Of a DNA stretch of 54,449 nucleotides, positions 44,852-54,449 are shown in pieces; the stretch's first letter is position 1, and each line of letters begins with the position of its first letter. The stretch lies in assembly GCA_963836205.1 (NCBI GenBank), contig CAWIIV010000021.1, forward strand, positions 1-54,449. Direction: 5' to 3'. The DNA is from an uncultured Acidimicrobiia bacterium. GTDB lineage: Bacteria; Actinomycetota; Acidimicrobiia; Acidimicrobiales; AC-14. The notes beneath the pieces were generated by a model, which made no database searches, was not told where the DNA came from, and worked only from the letters and a program-made list of their open reading frames with translations. The translations under genes and the position numbers were made by a program.

Positions 44852-45808
44852 ATGGACGCCCTGCCCGACCAGTCGTTGCTGGACCTGCTGTGCTGTCCGA
44901 AGGACCGATCGGGGCTGGTGACGGGGCTGGCTGCCCTCGACTGCCCCGCCTGTGGCGCCTCCTACCCGGTGCGGGACGGGCTGGTCTCGTTCCTCACGCC
45001 CGAGCAGCTGAGCGAGCAGGAGCTGCGGGAGCAGTCGAGCCGCGACCAGGAGAGCGTCTGGTACGACAGCATGTTCGAGGGCTACACCAACGCGGTCGAG
45101 GTGCCCACTGTCCTGGCCCGCATCGGCCGCCCGAACGGGCCCATCCTCGACCACGGAGCCGGTACCGGGCGCATCACGTCGGCCCTGGTCGGGCTGGGCC
45201 AGCCCGTGATCGCGGTCGACTACAGCGCGGTCAGCCTGCGCACGCTGGTCGAACGCTGCGCGGCCACGGGGGCCGGTGCCGGTCGGGTGCTGGCGGTGCA
45301 GGCCGACGTCCGCCACCTGCCGGTTCGCGACGAGGTCATCGTCGGGGCCACGTCTGTCGAGATCTACGAGCACGTCCGGGGGGCCGACGAGCGCCGGCGG
45401 GTGCTGGAGGAGCTGTCCCGGGTGCTGGCGCCGGGCGGGGTGCTGGCCATCTCCACGTTCAACTACAACCTCGTCTACCGGCTGTGGGCCCTCAAGGGCA
45501 ACGTCGGAGCCCGGGAGGGCGAGCACCTGCTGGGCGGCGACTTCTACTACTACCGGTTCAGCCACCGGGAGTTCCAGGAGGAGCTGGCGGCCGTGTTCGA
45601 CGTCGACAACCTGGCCGGAATCCGCAACATCCCGGCCCGCACCCTGAGCGGTGTGGTCCGGCGGGTGGGGGCGGGGCGGGTCGCCGACCGGTTCCTCGAC
45701 TTCATGGTCCGCCGGGGCCATCGCCTCGACTGGGCCCTCGAGCGGACACCCCTGTCCCGGCCCCTGGGCTTCTTCTGGCTGGCCCGGGTGGTACGAAAGC
45801 CGGGCTGA
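44852..45808 (+). CDS. Class I SAM methyltransferase with an N-terminal Trm112-like Zn-ribbon
   Basis: LLDLLCCPKD...CPAC...YPVRDG; ILDHGAGTG, AVDYS, ADVRHLP, RVLAPGG. Confidence 0.85.
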   Translation: MDALPDQSLLDLLCCPKDRSGLVTGLAALDCPACGASYPVRDGLVSFLTPEQLSEQELREQSSRDQESVWYDSMFEGYTNAVEVPTVLARIGRPNGPILDHGAGTGRITSALVGLGQPVIAVDYSAVSLRTLVERCAATGAGAGRVLAVQADVRHLPVRDEVIVGATSVEIYEHVRGADERRRVLEELSRVLAPGGVLAISTFNYNLVYRLWALKGNVGAREGEHLLGGDFYYYRFSHREFQEELAAVFDVDNLAGIRNIPARTLSGVVRRVGAGRVADRFLDFMVRRGHRLDWALERTPLSRPLGFFWLARVVRKPG

Positions 45809-45823
45809 TTCCGGCCATTTCCG

Positions 45824-46478
45824 GTGCCGCGGCGTTACGCTCTGCCCGTGGAAGCCATCCTGCTCAAGACCGCGCTGCTCGTCCCCGGCGACGACATCAT
45901 CGAGGTCGCGCAGGCCGCGCTCGACGTGGCCGACGTCGTTCCCCGGCCCGACGACGTGCTGGTGATCTGCGAGACGCCCCTGGCCATCACCCAGGGCCGC
46001 ATCGTCCGCCTCGACGACATGCGCATCAGCCGGGCGGCCCGAATCCTCAACTGGTTCATGCACGTCGACTCCAGCATCGGCACCGTCTACGGCATGCAGG
46101 CGGCCATCGACCTGGCCGGCTTCTGGCGCATCTTCCTCTCGATGCTGGCGGCGGCGCCCCTACGAATGGTCGGCCGCCGGGGTGACTTCTACCGCCTGGC
46201 CGGTCGCCAGGTGGCGTGGATGGACGACGTCACCGGCACCATGCCGCCCTACACCCAGGACATCGTCCTCGGGCCCGACGACCCGGCGGGGGTGGCGCCG
46301 GTCGATGGCCCGTGCCCTCGGCTGTGGGGCGGCGGTGGTCGACGCCAACGACTACGGCAACTTCGAGATCATGGGCGCCTCGCCTGGCATCGACGAGGAC
46401 ATGGTGGGCCAGGTCATGCGCCGGAACCCCCAGGGCAACGACGACGAGCAGACCCCACTGGTGCTGGTGCGGCCGTGA
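45824..46478 (+). CDS. F420-0:gamma-glutamyl ligase (CofE)-like protein, frameshifted at ~46298
   Basis: CETPLAITQGR, FYRLAG, DDVTGTMPPY..IVLGP; continues in another frame as AAVVDAND...NPQGNDDEQTPLVLVRP. Confidence 0.75.
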
Positions 46479-46951
46479 CGGCTGCGACGAAGGTCCCCGT
46501 GGCGCTGGCTGCGGCCGCCGGCGGGGCCGCCCTGGGGCTGAAGACGTTCACGTGGTGGCGGGGCGACTGTCGCATGGTGTGGTTGTCGGAGGTGCTGGGC
46601 GAGGTCGACCGGGTGGCCGGCACCCTCACCGGCGTCATCGGCATCCAGAACCGGGGTCGCTCGCTGGGAGTCGTCCGCCGGGTCGAGGGCCACATCGTCT
46701 CGGGGGCCTCGGGAGCGGTGCTGGCCACCCTCCAGGGCAGCCGACCGCCGGAGCGGGGCTGGTGGGTGTCCAACCTGCTGCAGCCGGGCATGTCGTGCGT
46801 GGCCGAGATCGACCTGCTGCTGGAGGCGGAACCCACCGGACCGATCGAGATCGAGCTCACCCTGCAGGAGATGGGGCGACGGGTGTTCCAGTACCGCACG
46901 GCCCGGGTGCACGTCCCCCTGCCGGCGGCTGTGCCGGTCGGCGGCCCGTAG
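46475..46951 (+). CDS. Membrane-anchored hypothetical protein coupled to the CofE-like gene
   Basis: GTGA overlap; N-terminal hydrophobic helix, then a beta-rich domain. Confidence 0.7.
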   Translation: MTAATKVPVALAAAAGGAALGLKTFTWWRGDCRMVWLSEVLGEVDRVAGTLTGVIGIQNRGRSLGVVRRVEGHIVSGASGAVLATLQGSRPPERGWWVSNLLQPGMSCVAEIDLLLEAEPTGPIEIELTLQEMGRRVFQYRTARVHVPLPAAVPVGGP

Positions 46952-46954
46952 GCG

Positions 46955-47351
46955 GTGCGGTTCCGGCTGATCGGCTCGGCGGTGGTGGTCATGGCCGGGG
47001 CGGCGGCGGTCGTGGCGACGCTCATGATCGGCGACGGAGGGTCCACCGGCGTGGCCGACGACACCGCCACCGTCGGGCGGGCCACGACGACGGTGCCGCG
47101 GCCGTCCACCAGCATCGTTGTGGCTCCTACCACGACGGTTGTCGGGTCGCCGAGGGTTGGGGTTGCCTCTGTCGGGGGGGACGTCGTCCTCGCCGGTCGT
47201 CGGGGACGAGTCCTCCGGCGTGGTCGTCACCAACTCGGGATCAGCCACGGCCAGCGTCGGGGGGAACGTGATCGCCGGCGGGACGCCTGCCACCGTCGTC
47301 ACCGGCGACGCCACCGCCGTCGGCAACATCTCGTCGGTGCGGACGCCGTGA
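46955..47351 (+). CDS. Secreted Thr/Val/Gly-rich hypothetical protein, frameshifted in a G7 run (47174-47180)
   Basis: Signal-like N-terminus; sensible continuation in the 47118-47351 frame, ending in a GTGA overlap. Confidence 0.55.
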
Positions 47352-47356
47352 GCCCG

Positions 47357-47722
47357 ATGCCCGTCCGCCTCCACAGCATCACCTTCGACTGCGCCGACCC
47401 GGCTGCCCTGGCCGGCTTCTGGGCGGCCGTCACCGGCTACCGCATCGGGACGGTGAACCCGTTCATGGCCGAGATCGGCGGCGACGGGTCGGTGGGGCCC
47501 CGGATGATGTTCATCAAGGTCCCCGAGGGCAAGGAGGCCAAGAACCGCATGCACCTCGACCTGGGCGTCGACGACCTCGAGGGCGAGGTGGATCGGGTCG
47601 TGGGCATCGGGGCCGAGCTGATCGGTCGCTACGACGAGTGGGGCGCCACCTGGGCCACGTTCCGCGATCCCGAAGGCAACGAGTTCTGCATCGGCCACCA
47701 CCCGGTGGCGGCCCACTCTTGA
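47357..47722 (+). CDS. VOC/glyoxalase-like protein
   Basis: ITFDCADPAALAGFW, KNRMHLDL, DPEGNEFC. Confidence 0.9.
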   Translation: MPVRLHSITFDCADPAALAGFWAAVTGYRIGTVNPFMAEIGGDGSVGPRMMFIKVPEGKEAKNRMHLDLGVDDLEGEVDRVVGIGAELIGRYDEWGATWATFRDPEGNEFCIGHHPVAAHS

Positions 47723-48000
47723 CCCGCGCCGACGTCACCGTCACCTCGTCAGGCGGCGGCGTCTACCGGGTGGAGGTGCGCCAAGGATCGGTCTCCACCG
47801 AGCACCGGGTGACTGTCCCCGCCGCCATGCTCGACGACCTCGGTCTGGAGGGCATCGACGAGACCACGCTGGTCCAGGAGTCGTTCGCCTTCCTCCTCGA
47901 ACGGGAGTCGCCGACGAGCATCCTCGGCCAATTCGACCTCCCCGTCATCGCCCGCTACTTCCCCGAGTTCGAAGCGGAGATCCGCCGCCGCCTCGGGTGA
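47719..48000 (+). CDS. Small hypothetical protein
   Basis: TTGA overlap; H.VTV, SFAFLLERES..SIL..FDL.VI.RYFPE. Confidence 0.75.
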   Translation: MTRADVTVTSSGGGVYRVEVRQGSVSTEHRVTVPAAMLDDLGLEGIDETTLVQESFAFLLERESPTSILGQFDLPVIARYFPEFEAEIRRRLG

Positions 48001-48051
48001 CGCGGATCGAGGGGCACATCGGACCATGTAGGACGCGAGAACGAGAATCGA

Positions 48052-48248
48052 GTGACCAAGCGCCAGATCGACGTCGACGACGACAAGCTGAAGGCCGTTC
48101 GCACCCTCCTCGCACCCGGACGCTCAAGGCAACCGTTGACGAGGCCTTCGACGAAGTGCTGGCCCTCGACCAACGGCGCCGGGCCCTGCTCGCCCAACGG
48201 AATGTCGACCTGAGCGACCCGGAAGCCCGCCGAGCGGCGTGGGGCTGA
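48052..48248 (+). pseudogene. VapB-like RHH antitoxin with a 1-nt deletion at ~48111
   Basis: MTKRQIDVDDDKLKAVRTLL / TRTLKATVDEAF...DLSDPEARRAAW. Confidence 0.65.
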
Positions 48249-48249
48249 A

Positions 48250-48470
48250 GCCCTACTATCCCGCGGTACCTCGGCCCTGTCCCGAGTCGCCCAGACCAAG
48301 GTCACCGCGCGACTCCTTCCACTGATGAGAGCGACACCCGAGAGGATCAACGACTATGCGGTCGTTTGGCGTCGGCGGGGCTGGGCCAACGTCTGACCCT
48401 CGGGATCCCCGACAGGGTTGCCGGGCGGTCGAACCTCGAATCGACGATGGACCGGGCAACGGGCCTCGTG
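48250..48470 (+). pseudogene. Possible degenerate VapC (PIN) toxin remnant
   Basis: TSALSRVAQTKVTARLLPLM follows vapB directly; no intact start or acidic PIN residues. Confidence 0.3.
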
Positions 48471-48642
48471 ATGCGCGCCCGCCTCACTCGAAGGTCGCTG
48501 TCGGTGTCCCGTGCCCTCCATCGTCTGGCGACTCGATGGCCTGAGGGGGCCCGAGATGAGCAAGTACTGTGCGCCGCGGGCTCAGGGCCTCAAGCTAGCT
48601 TGCTCTCAAAGGCGGCGCTGAGCCAAAAACGAAAGAGACCTT

Positions 48643-51033
48643 ATGACTCCGATGCTGTTTCTTGGTTACGACAGCAAGCCCGAGATTAGTCGCGAAACAC
48701 TTTACGAGGGGCCCAGGCTAATCTCCTCCACGAAAATCGTCGAAGTGGTTTCGTGGGAAGACCTTGCCGTGTCGGAGGCAGGCTGATAATTCGTACGGTT
48801 CTCGCGGAGGTCAATAGAGCCGCGGTGTGTGCATTCGATGTATCGACACTGAATGAGAATGTGCTGTTTGAACTTGGCTATGCGATCGCCCGTGCGAAAC
48901 CAATATGGCTACTCTTAGACAAAACCGATGCCAATGTCCAATTGCGCTGGAGGGAGTTTCAACTCCTGGCTGGAGTCGGTGTCACGGATTGGGAGAATGC
49001 TGAGGATATCAAGAAGGCGTTTATTTCCCGAATGCCTCACCTTGATCCACAGACGCTTTACCATGATCTGATTCAGCCGTCACTCGGAGCCAACGTGGGT
49101 TCGTCGATCTTCCACGTTCCCCCTTTCCACAATACGGAGGCAGCAAGACAGACGAGTCGTCGGCTTGAGATCGAAGCGCGAAAGGGCATCCGCATTCTAA
49201 GTGCGGACCCCACAGAGTCGGCATTGAACGCACTTGAATGGTATGCCGGCAAGGCATACGAATCGCAGGCAACGATCGTCCACTTTGAGGCCGCCCGTCG
49301 AGAGATGGCAAGGCTTCACAATCCGCGTTCGGCATTGGTCGCCGGCATTGCATACGGACTTGACCGCTCACTGCTAATGCTCTCAGAGAATGATTACTCG
49401 CCGCCTCTGGATTATGAAGGCATACTTCGTCCTTACAAGTCCAGCCGAGAGTGTTCGTTGATCTTGGAGAAGTGGCTCTACAAGGTAAACTTGCAGCCGC
49501 AAGATCCGACTCGCTTGCAGAGGGTGAAGCTAGCCACAGAGTTGCGTTCTCTTCGGTTCGGAGAACACGTCGCGGAGAACGAACTCGATACCTTGGCGGA
49601 CTACTTCGTCGAGACGGCCTCTTTTGGGGATGTGATTTCCCCTCGCAATTCTATATTTGTCGGCCGAAAGGGTACCGGCAAGACGGCGAATATGTACCAA
49701 GCGGCTGCTGAGCTCTCTGCGGACGCACGCAACCTGGTCGTGGTCATCAAGCCCGCGGCCTACGAGTTTTCGAGCCTGCTCGCTCTCCTCTCGTCGCTTC
49801 CGGTTAGTCTCCGGCAATATTCGATAGAAGCACTATGGAAATTCCTTCTTACATCCGAGGTCGCTAACCGGGTCGTCGAGGTTGTCGAGGCTAGGCCCCC
49901 AGGCATACCCTTCACACAGGAGGAGGAGCGGCTTCTCAACTTCGAAAAGACAATGGCATTCGGTCTCCGCGAAGATTTCGGCGTGCGATTTGAACGAACG
50001 GTCATGGCCCTGGAGTCACTTGGTCTTACGGGCTCAGTCTCCGAGGCAAAGAGCCGAGACCTGCTAAACGAAGCACTTCATTCGCAGGCGATTGCTCGGC
50101 TCCGATCGCTTCTCGGACCAGTCCTGAGAAATCGCCGCAGGGTTGCGATTCTGATTGATAACCTTGACAAGGGTTGGGAGAAGCAGGCTGACCTTGATCT
50201 TCTTGGGCGGCTATTACTTGGTCTGCTTTCCGCAATTGGCCGTGTCGCTGTCGATTTTTCAAAGGAAGACTATTGGCGAGAGCGTATCAGCTTGACTCTG
50301 GCGACCTTTCTCAGGAGCGATATTTACGCCTTCCTACAAGGCATCAGCGCGCGAGCCCGACAAGATCTCGACCTCCGTTGTTGCATGGGACGACCCCCAG
50401 GTTCTGCTGCGAGTCTTGGAGGAGCGATTTCTGGCGGCCAGGCCACCTGGGACGGACCGTGAAGAGCTATGGACTCGATTTTTCTCCGCGGAGACTGAGT
50501 CTGTCCCAACTCGAGAATTCTTAGTATCGGGGGTCTTACCTCGGCCGCGAGATCTAATCTACTGGGGCAACGCAGCCGTCGTTGCTGCCGTCAATAGGGG
50601 GCACGACAGAGTCGAGGCCGAGGACATATTGACCGGCCGGCTCTCATATTCACAGTTTGCGTTCGAAGCACTTCTCGTAGAGAATGGAATAACGATTACG
50701 CAGTTCAGAAGTGTGCTCTTTGAGTTCCTCGGAGAGCCAGCCATCCTCACGGAGGATTCCGTTAGGCGCATTATAGTGCGTGCGGGGATTTCCGAAGAAA
50801 TGACATCAAGGGTCCTGGAGCGATTGAAGAGTACCTCTTTTCTTGGTGTTGAGACGGCCGATAGCCGATTCGAGTACCCGGAGAGTGGGCATGCTGCAGA
50901 GCGAGCAATGGTCCTGGCCAGAAAGCTCGCTGATGGCCGTGGTGAAGACTTAAGAGTAGCAATTCATCCTGCATATCGAGCGTATCTTGAGATGAAAGAA
51001 CCACCCACCGGGGGTCCCCCGCCGACAGTCTGA
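48643..51033 (+). CDS. P-loop ATPase (Sll1717/FunZ-like) with N-terminal NDT/TIR-like domains; frameshifts at ~48775 and ~50340
   Basis: DVSTLNENVLFELGYAIA; FGEHVAENE...YFVET; GRKGTGKT; ILIDNLDKGW; FLRSDI; RPRDL; visibly lower GC. Confidence 0.78.
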
Positions 51034-51698
51034 CATTCGTTTGGCGCCTATCTGAAACTGCCAGCGCGCAAGGACAGTCCTCGCTCCAAGTGGGCGAGGT
51101 CTAAACACTCCTTGTTCCGGTACCCGTTCGTCCGCGAGAGCGCTCGCCCACGCGGGGCGGAGCGATGCCGAGATGACACTCCGGTATTCGTGAGTAGGCT
51201 CGGAATTCGCAGTCCTACCCACTTTCAACAATTTCCGGATCTCGTCCGCCGCCCTTCAGCGGATTTCGACACGTATCGCGCCAGGGCGGGATCATCGATG
51301 CCGGATGAGAAGCAGCCTGTCGGGCGGCGCGCAGATACCGTCTCCGACCGGCTCACAAGGCTTCCGCCTACACCTCGTCGACGCGGGGAGCCGGGATCGT
51401 CGGACCGCTTCGAGTTGGGAGTCGCTCCGGCGTACCAGCGGGCCTTCGGCCGTGTCATCACCCGCGAAAACGTGCTGATCCATAACGTGAGATAGGGGCA
51501 GCGACGAACTCATTCGGACTCACCGTCGACGGTCGGGAACACCGAGATGGATGGAATGTGGTCGAACGTGGAGTCCACCGTTGCCTCCTGGAGTTTGGTC
51601 GAGCCGCTCGGGACTCTTCCGTCACCCACAGCCTGAGGCCTTGGGCTCCGCGTCGAAACTGGGAGGATCCCTAGTCTTTCCACCCGTAGGCTGAGCAG

Positions 51699-54449
51699 GT
51701 GTTCGGGCGGGCGGCGGAGCGGGACCTGATCGATGCCTTGCTGCACGGCGGGCAGGGAGGGCAGAGCGCGTCCCTGGTCGTCCGGGGCGACGCCGGCGTC
51801 GGCAAGACGGCCCTCTTGAACCAAGCCGTCAAGACGGCGGCGGCGATGGGAACCCGGGTGCTGCGGGCCCGGGGGGTCGAGTCGGAGTCGGGGTTGGCCT
51901 TCAGCGGCCTGGCCGAGATCCTCGGCCCGTTGCTGGGCCACCTCCCGGCAATCCCGGCGCCGCAGCGCGACAGCCTGATCGGCGCCCTCGCCATGGGTCC
52001 GCCGGCGGCCACCGACCGCTTCACCATCTCCGCAGCCACGCTTTCGCTGCTGGCCCTGGAGGCGGAATCAAGGCCGTTGCTGATCGTGGTCGACGACGCC
52101 CACTGGCTCGACGTGCCGTCGTTGGAGCCGATCGCGTTCGTCGCCCGGCGGTTGGTCGCCGAGGGCGTGGTCCTCCTGTTCGCAGTCCGTACGGGGTGGC
52201 CCTGTGCCCTCGACGGAGCCGGACTGACCGACCTGGTGCTGGGCGGCCTCGACGCGGAGTCGGGACGGGCCCTGATCGTGACCCGGCTGGACCGGCAGGT
52301 GGCCGGTCCGGTGGCGGAGGTCCTGCATCGGGCGACCCAGGGGAATCCGCTGTTGCTGGTGGAACTGGCCGCCGGGCTCAGCCCGGACCAGCTCGAAGGG
52401 CGTGTGCCGCTTCCCGACCCCCTCCCCGTGGGCGGCTCCTCGCGACGCTTGTTCGCGCCTCGGCTGGCGGCGCTTCCGGAGGCGACGCGGGCGGCCCTGG
52501 CAGTGGCCGCCGCCGAGGAACAGGGCGGGGTCGACGGGATTCTCCGCGCCTGCCGGGCGTTGGGGATCGATACTGACGCGTTCGAAACCGGCGGAACGGG
52601 TTGGACTGGTGTCGGTGGTCGACGGGCGAGTCGAGTTCGCCCATCCCCTCGTGCGCTCGGCCGCCTACTACGCGGTGGCGGCACCAGAACGGCGGAAGGC
52701 GCACCGGGCGCTGGCGGGAGAGCTGGCCCACGCCGCCGGGGACGAGACTGCCGAGCGTCGGGCCTGGCATCTGGCCGCGGCCACGCTCGGCACGGACGAG
52801 ACCGTGGCCGCGGCATTGGAGCAGGCCGGCGCCAACGTCCGGCGGCGAAGTGGGTGGGCGGCGGCCGGTGCCGCCTTCGCCCGGTCGGCGGACCTCACCC
52901 CCGAACGGGACAAGCGGGCTCGACGTCTGCTCCAGGCGGGCGAAGCCGCCTACATGGCCGGGCAGGTCGACCGGGCGATCGCGCTCCTGGTCCAGGCGGC
53001 TGACTTGGCCGACGGCGACGGCGTCTTGCACGCCGAGTCGATCCGGCTCCGGGGCCTCGTCGAGATGCGTTGTGGACACCTTCTGGAAGCGAGCGAGCTC
53101 CTCCAGGCTGAAGCCGGGCGCAGGGAGAATGCGGATGACAGGATGGCGACGAATCTCTATTGCGGGGCAGCCCTGGCAGAGCTGCATCGAGCTCAGATCG
53201 GCAAGGTAGTCGCCATCGCCCGGAAGGCCGCTGCGACCGGCATGCGCGCTGGCGGCGAGTCAGTAGTTTCGGCCGCAGTGCACCTCCAAATCGGACTCTT
53301 CCTGCAGGGTGAGAGCCACGCCGCCGGTCCCCTGGGTATTCCGTGGGAAGCGCTATCACGAATGGCCGACCGGCTCGATGTCACCACGTCGACGTTCACC
53401 ACGGTGCTGCTGGCGGGAGCTGCCTACATCTGGAACGAAGAGTTCGAGCGATCCAGGAAGCTGATAGATGCGACGGTGCTTGCTTGTCGGGCCTCGAGCG
53501 CTTTCAGCGCGCTCGCCAGTCCGCTGGCGTGGCAATCGTTGCTCGAATTCCGCGTCGGGCACTGGGAGGCCGCCGTGACCGCAGCCGAGGAGGGTCTTGA
53601 GTTTGCGCAGGCAGCCGGCCTGACCCTGGAGACAGTCCACAATTTGGGCCGCCTGGCCCATGTCCAAGCAGCCCAAGGTCGGGCGAAGGACTGTCGTGCC
53701 AACGTCGCTCGGGCAGTTGAGATCACCGGTGGCTCCGACATCAGCTTCGTCATGTTCTGCAGAGCGGCTGCCGGCCTGCTCGATCTCGGTCTGGGGAACT
53801 ACGCCGACGTGATCGACCACCTTGAGATCGGCCTCGACGCAATGCGCAGGTACGGTGCCGGCCAACCCACCATCGTGATGTGGGAGCCCGACATCTTCGA
53901 GGCCTACCTGCACGCTGATCGGGCAGCGGAGGCCGAGCGGGTTCTCGAGGACTTTGAGCGGCGAGCTCACACAAGCGGCCGCCGGTGGTCATTGGCGGCG
54001 GCCGCTCGTTGCCGAGGCCTGCTGGTGAGCGGGGACGACTTCGAACAGCACTTCGTGGAGGCTTTGACGTGGCACGAGACGCTTCATATGCCGTTCGAGA
54101 CGGCCCGAACACAGCTCGCCTACGGCATGTGCCTTCGCCGCAACCGTCAACGAGGCCAGGCCCGGGCGCCGCTGCGGGCCGCCCTGAGGGTATTTGAAGC
54201 GCTCGGGGCGACGCCGTGGGCGACCGCGGCTCGGCGCGAACTGGAGGCCGCGGGGGACAAAACCGTGGCCGCTGACAGACCCGTTCTCCACAGCCTGACG
54301 CCCCAGGAGCTGCGTGTTTGCGTCCTGGTCGCGGGGGGAGCGACCAATCGGGAGGCGGCGGCGTCGCTCTTCCTGAGCGCCAAGACCGTCGAGTTTCACC
54401 TGGCGAAGGCCTACCGCAAGCTGGGCGTGAGCTCCCGGAACCGGCTCGC
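51699..54449 (+). CDS. LuxR-family (LAL/MalT-like) AAA ATPase regulator; frameshift at ~52587; runs off the window end
   Basis: GDAGVGKT, IVVDDAHWLD, GNPLLL, F.HPLVRSA, LTPQELRV...GATNREAAASLFLSAKTVEFHL. Confidence 0.9.

Noticed and set aside
51034-51690. Short ORFs downstream of the ATPase
   Set aside because: No recognisable motif or consistent frame; possibly a decayed gene, but it cannot be called.
48000-51700. Integrase, IS or tRNA attachment site bounding the island
   Set aside because: No transposase, integrase, tRNA or flanking direct repeat could be seen.

Overview
High-GC actinobacterial-type DNA, densely coding. The main feature is a split but apparently co-regulated system of about 20 genes (10268-16180 and 23126-38623). 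It combines four modules normally described separately: (i) Nit1C / MSMEG_0565-0572-type genes (DsrE-like NitB, radical SAM, GNAT, AIRS/HypE-like protein, glycosyltransferase) without a nitrilase; (ii) a cobalt-type nitrile hydratase with activator but no amidase; (iii) a bacterial coenzyme-M-biosynthesis-like operon (ComA, two aspartase/fumarase-superfamily lyases, a PLP D-cysteine-desulfhydrase-like enzyme) with no alkene/epoxide genes in the window; (iv) FdrA/YlbE/YlbF (AllFGH-like carbamoyltransferase) plus carbamate kinase. A related AT-rich box (GTCYAnnWTAGTRnA) lies in all three divergent promoters of the system. Other content: an ECF sigma/TPR-CHAT protease module, SARP- and LuxR-type ATPase regulators, an ABC exporter, a very large surface protein, an ornithine decarboxylase, and a lower-GC island with a P-loop ATPase beside vapBC remnants. 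There are also several short tandem repeats and REP-like hairpins. Many single-base frameshifts outside the core cluster suggest assembly indels. All family assignments come from motif recognition by eye; no database search was run.
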